Shown piece by piece: positions 11,222-21,099 of a DNA stretch of 63,688 nucleotides. The notes beneath the pieces were generated by a model. That model was not told where the DNA came from. It searched no databases and saw only the letters and a list, made by a program, of their open reading frames with translations. The first letter of the stretch is position 1; every line of letters starts with the position of its first letter. The stretch is from sequence record MK250019.1; one strand, written 5' to 3'. The translations under genes were made by a program, and so were the position numbers.

Positions 11222-11322
11222 ATTAAAGTCAGATTCGAACTGACACCTCAGCAAGGAGATAATACCACTATTGGGTAACAGAGCATCCCAAGGCACTGAC
11301 CAACAAATTATGCCTATTTAAC
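11222..11322 (-). ncRNA. Atypical tRNA-like RNA (11-nt anticodon-position loop)
   Basis: T arm GTCAG-TTCGAAT-CTGAC, D stem AGGCAT/GTGCCT, stem TTGGG/CCCAA, short AT-rich acceptor. Confidence 0.5.
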
Positions 11323-11382
11323 AACAAACTAATGTATTAATTAATAATTATATATTTTATATGTATATTACTACATAAAGTT

Positions 11383-11766
11383 TTAATGCTTCAAGTTAAA
11401 TTTTTCAAATATAGGCAATAAATCATCACTGAAATCAGTAAATAACTTCTGATATGTTTCCCATGCATCCATGGGTTTATCAGGTTTCGTAAATCTTGCA
11501 GATTCCCAATCGAGAATCGCCTCGTCAAAATGCATATGTTTTTTATATTTACGCAAATGATGTTTTGCAAATCTTGTATGTATTTTTTGTATTACTTTAG
11601 TTCCTAAAAATGGGAAAAATATATACATAAAAATTTTATCCAAATCATGAAAAGGATATTTATAATAACCTATATATTTCTTTTCTAATTTCATTACCAT
11701 AATATAATGTTTAAAACTATATGGTATATGTTTATATGATTTTTTTATATTTGTTATAATGTTCAT
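11383..11766 (-). CDS. HD-superfamily-like phosphohydrolase
   Basis: H...HDLDK...H...KHH...DWE pattern; paralog at 62061..62564. Confidence 0.55.
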   Translation of the reverse strand: MNIITNIKKSYKHIPYSFKHYIMVMKLEKKYIGYYKYPFHDLDKIFMYIFFPFLGTKVIQKIHTRFAKHHLRKYKKHMHFDEAILDWESARFTKPDKPMDAWETYQKLFTDFSDDLLPIFEKFNLKH

Positions 11767-11797
11767 TGTTAATTAAATTATTAATTATTAAATTACT

Positions 11798-11832
11798 ATA
11801 TACAAAGATACATATTTTATTTAAAATAAAAA
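11798..11832 (-). promoter_or_regulatory. Bacteroidota-type promoter
   Basis: CAAAGATA on + strand at 11803-11810. Confidence 0.6.
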
Positions 11833-11874
11833 AGTCACCAATAGGAATTTGACTTCTTATTAGTGACTTTATTT

Positions 11875-12114
11875 TTATTTCAAATATTTAAATATCTCGT
11901 GATATTTCTTTATATTTTCTTTAAAATGTTCAGTCGATATATTAGAATAATCTACATAATCACCTTCTACGTAATAAAGATTATCATCAGATGAAAAATG
12001 TTTAAATCCATATTTATTAGCTTCATTTAATGCTTCATCATCATCTTTTGCTTCAAATCTATGATGGAAAAAGTGTCCATAATAATCTTCTAACTCTACT
12101 TCATATTTTCTCAT
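11875..12114 (-). CDS. Hypothetical protein
   Basis: 79-aa ORF, last gene of the nucleotide operon, followed by a hairpin terminator. Confidence 0.6.
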   Translation of the reverse strand: MRKYEVELEDYYGHFFHHRFEAKDDDEALNEANKYGFKHFSSDDNLYYVEGDYVDYSNISTEHFKENIKKYHEIFKYLK

Positions 12115-12124
12115 AATGAAATTA

Positions 12125-12991
12125 TTATTGTGTAATCATTTTATAAAGTAAATTCCACTTTTCCAATACTTGATCTGATGAACCTCCTGCACGCCATACA
12201 TCTTTATCAAGACTTCCAAGATCATAATGTCTATATCGTCCGCAATCTGGTGAAATTTCACCATATACAGTCTTACCGTCTTCTGATATAAACAAACATA
12301 AGTCATATATTACAATATCTTTTTCTGCAAGAAAATCAGATAATACAGAAAATGTCATAGCTGCTGTTTTTCTTGCTTCTTTTACATCAATATAATAATC
12401 TGCTTGAGCATCACACATAACTTCATCTGCTAACATCTTATGTGTTTCTGGTTCCCAGAATGGATTTCTCCAATCAAAACGTACAATTGGTTCAGGATAT
12501 GGTTCCATATCTTTAATTTCCATACCTGCATAATAAGGATGTGTTTTTCTTACGTGTGATTTACCCATACCAAAATATCGGTGTTTACTTGTACCTGTAT
12601 GATTTGCTTTAACTACAACTTCAATATTTGGTGCATCTTTAATTATACGAGCTAACACAAATTCATCGCCATAATCAAGATATGCATGTTTAATACCATG
12701 TTCTTTAAGCAATTCACATAATACTTTACTTACATGTACACGAGGAATATTACTACCTTCTACAATACCTGTTCTATTATATGTAAATGAATAAATTGTA
12801 GGTTTAAAATAGATAATACAATATTCGTCATCTAATGCACGTATTTCTTTACTTTCACCTTCTACAACTAAAGGCATTTTTCTAAATGTTTCAAAATCAA
12901 TAGAAAATAAGTCTTTAATATTCCATTTAGGATATAATACTGTTTTACAATATTCTATTGATTTCAAATCTTCTTCTTGTATCTTATTCAT
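12125..12991 (-). CDS. purC: Divergent SAICAR synthetase-fold ligase
   Basis: IEVVVK, GEISPDCGRY and SLDKDVWR match PurC; several usual residues differ (KD to PT, DFKLEFG to DLCLFIS). Confidence 0.75.
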   Translation of the reverse strand: MNKIQEEDLKSIEYCKTVLYPKWNIKDLFSIDFETFRKMPLVVEGESKEIRALDDEYCIIYFKPTIYSFTYNRTGIVEGSNIPRVHVSKVLCELLKEHGIKHAYLDYGDEFVLARIIKDAPNIEVVVKANHTGTSKHRYFGMGKSHVRKTHPYYAGMEIKDMEPYPEPIVRFDWRNPFWEPETHKMLADEVMCDAQADYYIDVKEARKTAAMTFSVLSDFLAEKDIVIYDLCLFISEDGKTVYGEISPDCGRYRHYDLGSLDKDVWRAGGSSDQVLEKWNLLYKMITQ

Positions 12992-12997
12992 AAATTA

Positions 12998-13489
12998 TTA
13001 CCAAGTTAAATTATTATCCTTAATATATTTCTCAACAACAGGAGGTACAAACTCTCCAATAGGAAGTTTATAATGTACTAACTCTCTTACAAATGTAGAT
13101 GAAATATCAATATTATAAGGTTCACAAAAGCCCATTACCAACATTGTTTCTACACCTGCTAAATAATGATTAGTTGCAGCCAAAGACTTTTCATATGTAA
13201 AATCTTCTGAATTTCTAATACCTCTAACAATATATGAAACATTATTTTTCTTACAATAATCAGAAATTAATGTATCAGTCATATCAATTACTGTTACATT
13301 AGGATAATCCTTGAAAATTTCTTTAATTAACTTAATTCGCTCTGAACGTTTAATAAGCCCTTCACCTTTCTTTAAATTTGTTGCTAATGCAATAATAAAT
13401 TCATCACATAATTTATATGTCTGATCTACAATTGCCTTATGCCCATTTGTAAATGGATCAAATGATCCAGGAAATATAAATTTCTTCAT
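12998..13489 (-). CDS. coaD: Phosphopantetheine adenylyltransferase-like nucleotidyltransferase
   Basis: FPGSFDPFTNGH, IVRGIRNSEDFTYE, ISSTFVREL. Confidence 0.85.
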   Translation of the reverse strand: MKKFIFPGSFDPFTNGHKAIVDQTYKLCDEFIIALATNLKKGEGLIKRSERIKLIKEIFKDYPNVTVIDMTDTLISDYCKKNNVSYIVRGIRNSEDFTYEKSLAATNHYLAGVETMLVMGFCEPYNIDISSTFVRELVHYKLPIGEFVPPVVEKYIKDNNLTW

Positions 13490-13492
13490 CTT

Positions 13493-14143
13493 TTAATTTT
13501 CAATATTTTGTGAAACCCAAAGTCCTAATTGCTTTAATGCTTGCTTTCGATGACTCTTCAAATTTTTTCTTGCTGAATCTAATTCAGCATATGTTTTACC
13601 AAATGTATTATCTCCTACAAATATAGGATCATATCCAAATCCATTTGTACCTCTTAATTCATCTAATATATATCCATATGAATATCCGCTAAACGTTTTT
13701 TCGATAATACCATTTTTTGCTATTGCAAAACATACTTCAAAATATGCAGATCGTTCATTAAATGGAATCTTTTTGATATATTGTAACAATTTCTCATTGT
13801 TAAGTCTATCATGTTCTGACTTATCTGTTGTAAACTCTTCATGCGGTACATTAGTAACATTTAATTCATTATCTATTGTAACTTCATGAAAACGAGCTGA
13901 ATATGGTCCAGGTAAATTATTCAATCCAGGAACAACTAAACCACTATCTTCTGCAATAACATATGTATCAGGATATTCTTTACTATATGCAGTTGCTTTA
14001 AGTATAGCATTATCTTTAATTGTTTTACCAGTCTCTTGAACATCTAATGCATGTGGTTCAATTTCATATCCTAATGGACTTAAAATTGATGCAATCTCTC
14101 TAATTTTACCAGGATTACTTGTACCTACAATAATTTTACTCAT
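13493..14143 (-). CDS. rdgB: HAM1/RdgB non-canonical purine NTP pyrophosphatase
   Basis: TSNPGK, EDSGL...LPGPYSARF, GFGYDPIF, SHR. Confidence 0.9.
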   Translation of the reverse strand: MSKIIVGTSNPGKIREIASILSPLGYEIEPHALDVQETGKTIKDNAILKATAYSKEYPDTYVIAEDSGLVVPGLNNLPGPYSARFHEVTIDNELNVTNVPHEEFTTDKSEHDRLNNEKLLQYIKKIPFNERSAYFEVCFAIAKNGIIEKTFSGYSYGYILDELRGTNGFGYDPIFVGDNTFGKTYAELDSARKNLKSHRKQALKQLGLWVSQNIEN

Positions 14144-14604
14144 GATTTATTCATTATTTGTTTCTTAATAAAATCTCTTATAATTTCTATAATAGTTCCT
14201 GTACTATCATATGGTATTCTTGAAACTAAATATACATTACTATATTTTTTTTCTTTACAATGATTATATAGTAACATAAATGATTTTCTATAATACTCTA
14301 AATCTTCTAATGTATGAAATTCTTCATCTAATGAATCTCCTCTTTTTTGTATTCTTTGTTGACAATGTTCTGGAAAATCATCTAAAATAATATATAAAGT
14401 ATCATTATCAATATTATTATCGATGTAATCATACATTTTTTCTTCTGAATCTTTATTTAGTAATGTAGCTTTACTGAAAATACCTCTATCTTTAAATATA
14501 CAATTATTAAAAAATTGTTTAATAAGATTAATTATATAAGTTTTACCAGTACCATCATTACCATCGAATTCAATATTAAACGTTAATTGTTTTTCTGTTT
14601 GCAT
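14140..14604 (-). CDS. Nucleoside monophosphate (dTMP-like) kinase
   Basis: IEFDGNDGTGKT P-loop. Confidence 0.65.
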   Translation of the reverse strand: MQTEKQLTFNIEFDGNDGTGKTYIINLIKQFFNNCIFKDRGIFSKATLLNKDSEEKMYDYIDNNIDNDTLYIILDDFPEHCQQRIQKRGDSLDEEFHTLEDLEYYRKSFMLLYNHCKEKKYSNVYLVSRIPYDSTGTIIEIIRDFIKKQIMNKS

Positions 14605-15221
14605 AAATTATAAACTTTTTGTATATTTGTTGGTAACCAGCAATCCATTAAACTAGCATGCTCAAATATACATGTATCAGTATTAATAATATTACTTAGT
14701 ATCTTTATGCCATTTGCTTTTAATGTTGCACCTGTTTCAACAACATCTATAATACAATCAGCACCAATATCGATATATCCTTCTGTTGAACCTGATGTAT
14801 TCAATGTATAATATGGACAATGCATTTTATTTGTAAAATAATGCTTTGCTATTGTTTCAAATTCAGTAGCACATATGATAGGGTGTTTCAATGACGTTAA
14901 TTCATCTAATGTCATTTTTGATGCTAAACATATTTGTACCTTATTTAAACCTGTATGTGATACTAATTCTAATTCATTTTCATACTCACTATTATTAACC
15001 ATATCATAGCCACATATACCAAATTCACAAAACTTACTTGCAATTAATTCTGGTATTGCTTTTGGTTTAGCTATAAATAATGCACAGTCATCTGACCAAT
15101 CAGGAAAATAATATTTACGAGTATTTTCATCTGGCATATCAATATTACATTCATTAAATAATGATTTAACTCCTGTATATAATCTACCTTTTGGTACAAC
15201 TAATATTGGTTTATTATTCAT
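14583..15221 (-). CDS. hisG: ATP phosphoribosyltransferase, short form
   Basis: VPKGRL, GICGYD, SGSTEG...ADCIIDVVETGATLKANG. Confidence 0.85.
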   Translation of the reverse strand: MNNKPILVVPKGRLYTGVKSLFNECNIDMPDENTRKYYFPDWSDDCALFIAKPKAIPELIASKFCEFGICGYDMVNNSEYENELELVSHTGLNKVQICLASKMTLDELTSLKHPIICATEFETIAKHYFTNKMHCPYYTLNTSGSTEGYIDIGADCIIDVVETGATLKANGIKILSNIINTDTCIFEHASLMDCWLPTNIQKVYNLCKQKNN

Positions 15222-15669
15222 AATTATTTTTCTTTAAAATTCTTAGATTATCTCTATCTTTTAAAATAAAATTTGTAATCTCTTCAATTAAATATTTGTT
15301 ATTAGTAGTCATATAGAAACATGTAGTTGAATCATCTCCTCTATGCTTATCCCAACCCTTTCTACCAAATTCAATTTTCAAATTATCTTTCTTAAATAAA
15401 AATCCAGGAAACCAATAATATACAAAACCTGAAAATGAATTTGTTTTCTTTACTTCACCATTAGTTAACAATGCTAATTCATTTAAAAATTTTCTATATT
15501 GATAACCAAACATTCTCGCTGTATATGATGTAGTATTCCTAAAAATTAAATCATAATAATTTTCATGACCAGTTGCATAAGATTTTCCTGATAAACTTAC
15601 ACATTCTATATGTTTCCCGAATATATTAATAATTTGCTTTACTATTTCATCTAATTCTGCATTTACCAT
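15214..15669 (-). CDS. Hypothetical protein
   Basis: 151-aa ORF between the RNA ligase and hisG. Confidence 0.6.
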   Translation of the reverse strand: MVNAELDEIVKQIINIFGKHIECVSLSGKSYATGHENYYDLIFRNTTSYTARMFGYQYRKFLNELALLTNGEVKKTNSFSGFVYYWFPGFLFKKDNLKIEFGRKGWDKHRGDDSTTCFYMTTNNKYLIEEITNFILKDRDNLRILKKNNYE

Positions 15670-15671
15670 AA

Positions 15672-16355
15672 TTACTCTAATATTTTACATTCCTCTTCTG
15701 TATATCTCTTATGTAATTCAGTTAACCACCATTTTGTTTTAACTTTTACTTTAGGCATTCGTTGTCCCTTTAATAATGTTGATCGCCTAATTACTACACC
15801 TTCTTTTATATATGGATATTTACAATTAGTTTCAGTCCAATCATTATTTTGTATATCTTTAATAAAGTCATTAACTAATGGTCCTGTATAAACTAATTGT
15901 GGTAATTCAATACCACAATCTTTAAATAAATCCATATAAATTTTTGGTTCAATATATCCTTTCTTTTTTATAAATACATCAATTAATGCAAGATGCATAT
16001 TATCTTTATCTTCTAATGAATGAAATCCTGCGAAACTATGTTCTCCATACCATTCAAAGAAAAATGTAATTTCATCAACGTCAGAGAATACATCTTTCTT
16101 ACCTCTATGTTGTTCAACAATATTAGATAATATAGTTTCATAATTATGTGATTTAAAATAACGTACAGCATCACCAAATTGTTCAGATGACTCATCTACC
16201 ATACATTTTCTTGAACCAAAATTTGTGAACATCTTTTTCTTAACAGAATATTTTGCACAGAAATTTTGTCCATCTAATTTATTAAATGCCCATACTTGTT
16301 CACCTAGTAATTCAGTATTATATTTTATATTATCTATTGAATCGTAATGTTTCAT
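15672..16355 (-). CDS. ATP-dependent RNA ligase (Rnl-type adenylyltransferase domain)
   Basis: Motif I NKLDGQN, III FFEWYG, IV EGVVIR, V KVKVK. Confidence 0.75.
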   Translation of the reverse strand: MKHYDSIDNIKYNTELLGEQVWAFNKLDGQNFCAKYSVKKKMFTNFGSRKCMVDESSEQFGDAVRYFKSHNYETILSNIVEQHRGKKDVFSDVDEITFFFEWYGEHSFAGFHSLEDKDNMHLALIDVFIKKKGYIEPKIYMDLFKDCGIELPQLVYTGPLVNDFIKDIQNNDWTETNCKYPYIKEGVVIRRSTLLKGQRMPKVKVKTKWWLTELHKRYTEEECKILE

Positions 16356-16374
16356 GTAATGTAATTATTTTAGT

Positions 16375-16578
16375 TTAACTTATTTTAGCAGAAGCATTTT
16401 TACATATATCAATGTGTTCTCCTTTATTATCAGTTATTAAATTTAAAATGTTATTATCTGTTATTAAATTTAAAATATATGACCACATCTCTTTATCTTC
16501 TAACCCATCTGTAATTATATCTATATCATAATTATCTGGTAATTCAAACTGTAAATGAATATCTAACTTTCTTTTCAT
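16375..16578 (-). CDS. Hypothetical protein
   Basis: 67-aa ORF in operon spacing. Confidence 0.45.
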   Translation of the reverse strand: MKRKLDIHLQFELPDNYDIDIITDGLEDKEMWSYILNLITDNNILNLITDNKGEHIDICKNASAKIS

Positions 16579-16591
16579 AATTAACTCATTA

Positions 16592-17170
16592 TTAAATATT
16601 ATCTAATTTACTACAATTATATCCTTGATCGTATGATAATTTTAAAAGTTCTGTAACTAACTTAATATCTTTTGTATTAGAATCTCTATATTTCTTAATT
16701 ATTTGTTCAATGAAATAATTTCGTTTATTTGTATATTCAAGTAATGTTTTTGCATCATCAATTACATCTTTTGTACTTTCTAACTGATTTTTATCTGTAT
16801 AAACATTATTATACTCTTTACATTCTATAATACTACAATTTTCATCTTCATCTATATTATCAATATCATAATCTCCAATTACTGGAACCTTATAACATGT
16901 ATAAAATATAGTATGATTAAAAAGAGTTATTTCATACAAATATGAAATATCTCTTGCAACTTTATCATCTTCTTGTATATCATCATATGAATCAAGAATT
17001 TGTTTTGTTAATGATTCATAATCATATTCTTCTACATTTTTTGAATATTTTTCTAATACTGCTTTTAAATCATCACCAGTACCACTGTCTGGATAACCAT
17101 CACAATGTCTATATAAAATATTGCGTCCTGTTATACCACTTTGAACTATAATATTACAACGTGTCGGCAT
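16592..17170 (-). CDS. Phage hypothetical protein (YxHxDGYP family)
   Basis: LYRHCDGYP motif. Confidence 0.65.
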   Translation of the reverse strand: MPTRCNIIVQSGITGRNILYRHCDGYPDSGTGDDLKAVLEKYSKNVEEYDYESLTKQILDSYDDIQEDDKVARDISYLYEITLFNHTIFYTCYKVPVIGDYDIDNIDEDENCSIIECKEYNNVYTDKNQLESTKDVIDDAKTLLEYTNKRNYFIEQIIKKYRDSNTKDIKLVTELLKLSYDQGYNCSKLDNI

Positions 17171-17272
17171 AATTTTATAATACTTCTATTTTAATCTACT
17201 TGTTATATAACTTTTATTTTAAAATGTTTATAAAACAAATAAATAATAAAAATAAAATTTTAATTTTTTAAC

Positions 17273-17887
17273 ATGAATAAAAAGGCATTATATGAAGCTA
17301 TAATGAAAGATATTAGCAAAATTGTTAAGAAAAAAATTAACGAAAATATGGAAGAAAATACAATTAATATTCCATCTCAATATTATGATGAAGATGGCGA
17401 TATTGATTTAAGTGATCTTTCGGCATTACCACAAAATATTATCAATGCATTGGCAAAGGATCTTCTTACAAATGGTGATTTCCAAGAAGATGATAGAGAT
17501 GATAATTGTCTCATGTGTAGTATATTACCATATATTGATTCAAAAAATGAAAATGCTACTATTTTAACACGTTCATTAGAAGATTATGATATGTGTTTAT
17601 CATTCAATGTAGAAGTTGATTATGAAAATATTGATCATTCAGCATATCCATCAAATGATAGGGACGTACCTGATGATCCGGCATATAGAGAATGTATAGT
17701 TAACGATGTTATTATTTCTGGATTAATGCTAACAGACGGTGACCAAGAAATTATGATTAATGATCCAGATATTATTGAAAATGTAAAGGATGAGACATTA
17801 TCATCTAAAGTTATAGATAATTTCACTGTTGAATAGGAAGAAGAGTTTGATCCATATGATATGGATGATTATTATTATGAAGAATAA
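17273..17887 (+). CDS. Acidic late protein with N-terminal KALYEAIMKD motif (204 aa)
   Basis: Reads through TAG 17834 to TAA 17887. The N-terminus is shared with 55764..56144. Confidence 0.7.
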
Positions 17888-17900
17888 TTATTAAAAATAA

Positions 17901-17945
17901 TAAAGGTTAATAAGCATAAACACTTATTAACCTTTAATTTTTTAT
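17901..17945. terminator. Bidirectional terminator
   Basis: TAAAGGTTAATAAG...CTTATTAACCTTTA. Confidence 0.7.
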
Positions 17946-17968
17946 ATGATAATAAAAATGAAAAAATG

Positions 17969-18039
17969 TTGGGATAACAGGATTCGAACCTATGATTACT
18001 GATCCAGAGTCAGTCGTATTACCACTATACTATATCCCA
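17969..18039 (-). tRNA. tRNA-Gln(CTG)
   Basis: Full cloverleaf; ACTGA-CTCTGGA-TCAGT. Confidence 0.92.
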
Positions 18040-18448
18040 ATAAAATCTATAAGCTTACTATACTATATATTATATATCGTTTTGGTTTTATGAGTTAATA
18101 AGATTTATTATACCAAAAACATTATTTTCATAAACAACCACATTTATTATTTACCGGTATGTGTTTCATTCACCTATTAATATATATGTAATATATTAAT
18201 AACATCTGGTTACTCTTTATTACTAATAAACAATGTTCCTATTTCATCATCTTAATAGAAGTAAATATGAAATTATTTTAATTATCTTCATATAACAATA
18301 AAACAGAAGATATTTTCAAATCATTAAAATAATCTATTTACTAATGTCAATTGCATTCTTTATTTGTGCACTATTTATAATGCAATAATCTCTCATTAAG
18401 GAACGAACTTATAGACCACTACATCTTTAAATCTGTTGTGGATTTTTG

Positions 18449-18533
18449 CGGAGAGCAGTGGTCCCGACCCACATTCACATACATGAACGAGCAATTTAGC
18501 AGATTGTCCCTAACCCCGTTAGGTTTACTCTCC
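18449..18533 (-). tRNA. tRNA-Ser(GCT), atypical T loop
   Basis: Long variable arm, G73, loop CTGCTAA; T loop reads GTCGGGA. Confidence 0.75.
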
Positions 18534-18575
18534 AAATTGATTAATAAATTATATCAATCAATTTTATTTACTATA

Positions 18576-18604
18576 TTTATAGTATATTATAATCAAAAAG
18601 TTTA
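18576..18604 (-). promoter_or_regulatory. sigma70-like promoter TAAACT-N17-TATAAA
   Basis: Upstream of tRNA-Ser(GCT). Confidence 0.5.
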
Positions 18605-18614
18605 CTTTTTATCA

Positions 18615-18959
18615 CTAAAAATATAATATAATTTTATTATCAGTTGATTCCTGACGATATTCACATCTATAACCATATGTATAGATAAGTAATGATATAA
18701 ATCGTTGAATCCATTGTTTATAACAATCTTCTGCTGGTATACTATGTTTTTTTGTTAGCATTGCAACCATAGTTAATTCTGATATGACACAATACGTACT
18801 TCCTTTTGCTACTGCATCTTTAAGCTTTTCATTTACATAATCAATAATAACATCACCACGTCTTAAAAATGATTGATTTGCTTTATATGCAATAGAATTA
18901 CGTAATTCTGTAGCTTTTGGAATTATAATATCACTTTTCTTCTGTTTAAATTTTATCAT
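18615..18959 (-). CDS. Hypothetical protein
   Basis: 114-aa ORF. Confidence 0.55.
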   Translation of the reverse strand: MIKFKQKKSDIIIPKATELRNSIAYKANQSFLRRGDVIIDYVNEKLKDAVAKGSTYCVISELTMVAMLTKKHSIPAEDCYKQWIQRFISLLIYTYGYRCEYRQESTDNKIILYF

Positions 18960-19339
18960 TGAAAATTTTCATATTTATCCTTTAATTGTTGAAACCTTCT
19001 ATAATTTGTATACAATACATTTGCATCACCACTGGTAGGATTATTCACTAATTTATAATAATCTAACTCTGCCTGTAAATATTCAGATTTTGCTATTTGG
19101 TAATCTGCTTCTTTATAAGCATTGAATAAATCTGGTTCATATTGTTCAAGTGAATCACCATATTTTTCTTCTGTTACATTATTAATTAATGAAACTCTCG
19201 AATCATTAAATATATGGTGTTGAAAATCTTCAGTTATATTTGAAGATTCTTTTTTTATTATTTCATCCTTTTTATTAACTACATATATAACATACTATTT
19301 AGATGAAAAAAGTAATTTAATTAATTTAAAAATGTTCAT
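18956..19339 (-). CDS. Hypothetical protein (127 aa, one TAG)
   Basis: MNIFKLIKLLFSSK(Q)YVIY...; its TGA overlaps the next ATG. Confidence 0.55.
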
Positions 19340-19697
19340 CTTCATTTAAAATAAATTTCGTACAATCTCGCGTTTTATATAGAAATTCTTTTGCTGCTTC
19401 ATATGATAAAAAATAATTTGAAACTAATTCTTTATCAATTCCAGTACATACTATCTGGTTATCAGTTTTCATTAAAAAATCGCGGAAAAATGGCAAAATA
19501 CTGAAGTAATTCCAGTAAATTTTGTAATATTTTATATGTTTTCCTAAACCTATATCAAATTCATCAACATATTTAATAGTATACTCAATTGGACCAAAAA
19601 TATTAAATATTTTCTTAATTTGTATATCTCTATCATATGTTAATGATATTAGGTACATATAAAAAAATGTGAATATTAATATATTTGTAATCATCAC
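19326..19697 (-). CDS. Hypothetical membrane-anchored protein
   Basis: Hydrophobic N-terminus. Confidence 0.55.
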   Translation of the reverse strand: MMITNILIFTFFYMYLISLTYDRDIQIKKIFNIFGPIEYTIKYVDEFDIGLGKHIKYYKIYWNYFSILPFFRDFLMKTDNQIVCTGIDKELVSNYFLSYEAAKEFLYKTRDCTKFILNEDEHF

Positions 19698-19836
19698 AAT
19701 TCATTTTCTAAATTTTCTAATTTTATCTCTAACAACCTTATCCTGTTCTCTTGTGTTAAAATAATAGTTTTTAACTTATTAATAGAATCAATAATTTCAT
19801 TTATCTTATCATATAATTGCTTTTCTTGTTCATTAC

Positions 19837-20148
19837 TCATATTATTATCTTATCATTTAAAATATCATCAACTATATTAACTAATATAGGACAAACACAA
19901 TTATAATAATCAAAGTCTTTTTCAAAAGAAATATCATTATTAGAAAAATCCTTATATAATTGTAAAAGAATAAATGCAACATATTTATTAAATGGACGAT
20001 CAGTGATATTATATGATGAAATATTACGTAATATTTCATATACACTTTCTGCATCCATATAAGTATCCAACTCTTTTACGTATTTAACTATATTATTTTG
20101 AATCTGAATAATATAATTATTTATATTTGAATTATTTATAATTATCAT
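19837..20148 (-). CDS. Hypothetical protein
   Basis: 103-aa ORF. Confidence 0.5.
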   Translation of the reverse strand: MIIINNSNINNYIIQIQNNIVKYVKELDTYMDAESVYEILRNISSYNITDRPFNKYVAFILLQLYKDFSNNDISFEKDFDYYNCVCPILVNIVDDILNDKIII

Positions 20149-20153
20149 ATTTC

Positions 20154-20366
20154 TTACTCTTCAATAAATTTTTTAATTGTTTTTGCCATATCAATAATTC
20201 TATCAAATTCATATCGGTCTCTATTAGCCTTCTCTGAATTTGCCCAATACATTGTATAAATCAATGCACGATCAGCTGCAGGTAACTTACCAAAGTTATC
20301 GTCATTGATTAATTCATCAAATTTATTGTTCTTAAACTTAATATTTTTAGTTTCATTTGTATTCAT
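20154..20366 (-). CDS. Hypothetical protein
   Basis: 70-aa ORF in operon spacing. Confidence 0.5.
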   Translation of the reverse strand: MNTNETKNIKFKNNKFDELINDDNFGKLPAADRALIYTMYWANSEKANRDRYEFDRIIDMAKTIKKFIEE

Positions 20367-20388
20367 ATAATTTATATATCAATTTATA

Positions 20389-20601
20389 TTATTTGTTTTC
20401 ATTATTATTAATAACTTTAAACTTATCAGTATCAGGAATAATGGCTAAACTACCCCATGTTCCATGAAGCTGTCCAATACTATCGATAAATTGAACAACA
20501 CCTTCACGTCCAATATATGAGTTTACAACTGTATCATAACCACAATCATCAACCCATAAAATTTTAATAGTATCTCCTATCTTTACGTTTTCTTGTTCCA
20601 T
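20389..20601 (-). CDS. DUF4314-like small protein
   Basis: GVVQFIDSIGQLHGTWGSLAIIPDTDKF pattern. Confidence 0.6.
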   Translation of the reverse strand: MEQENVKIGDTIKILWVDDCGYDTVVNSYIGREGVVQFIDSIGQLHGTWGSLAIIPDTDKFKVINNNENK

Positions 20602-20624
20602 AACAAATCTTATTTAAACATTAT

Positions 20625-20656
20625 ATAACAAAGATACATATTTTATATTAAAAAAG
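20625..20656 (-). promoter_or_regulatory. Bacteroidota-type promoter
   Basis: CAAAGATA at 20629-20636. Confidence 0.6.
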
Positions 20657-20683
20657 AAAGGATACTAACTTAAATTAGTATCC

Positions 20684-21070
20684 TTAATATATTTTCCACT
20701 ATTCAAAATGATTTCTTGTATCTAAATAAAATAAATTAGTTTCATTCTTATATGCTTCCTGTTCAAATGATATATTTCTATATGCTTTATGCGAAAATCT
20801 ATCTTTTGTAAATAATACACGCCATAACCATTCAAAGAAATATATTATATAGAATATAATACCACCTATATACTATTGAAGACACAATGGTAAAAAACAT
20901 GCAAAATCTTTCATTTGTTCAGTATGTATAGACTCATGATTTAATATTTTTTCTTTATATCTAGGAATCTATAATTTATATGCATATTCTTTTCTGACAA
21001 ATAATGTACCGAAAAGATTAATAGCAATAAAACCCTATACAGGTATAATACTATTATAAACAATTTTCAT
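20684..21070 (-). CDS. HExxH-containing membrane-associated protein (128 aa, 4 TAG)
   Basis: MKIVYNSIIPV(Q)GFIAINLFG...NHESIH...AYRNISFEQEAY, a pattern typical of Bacteroidota and their phages. Absent from the ORF track. Confidence 0.7.
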
Positions 21071-21099
21071 TTTATTAACTTATTCTTTTAAGTATTTAT

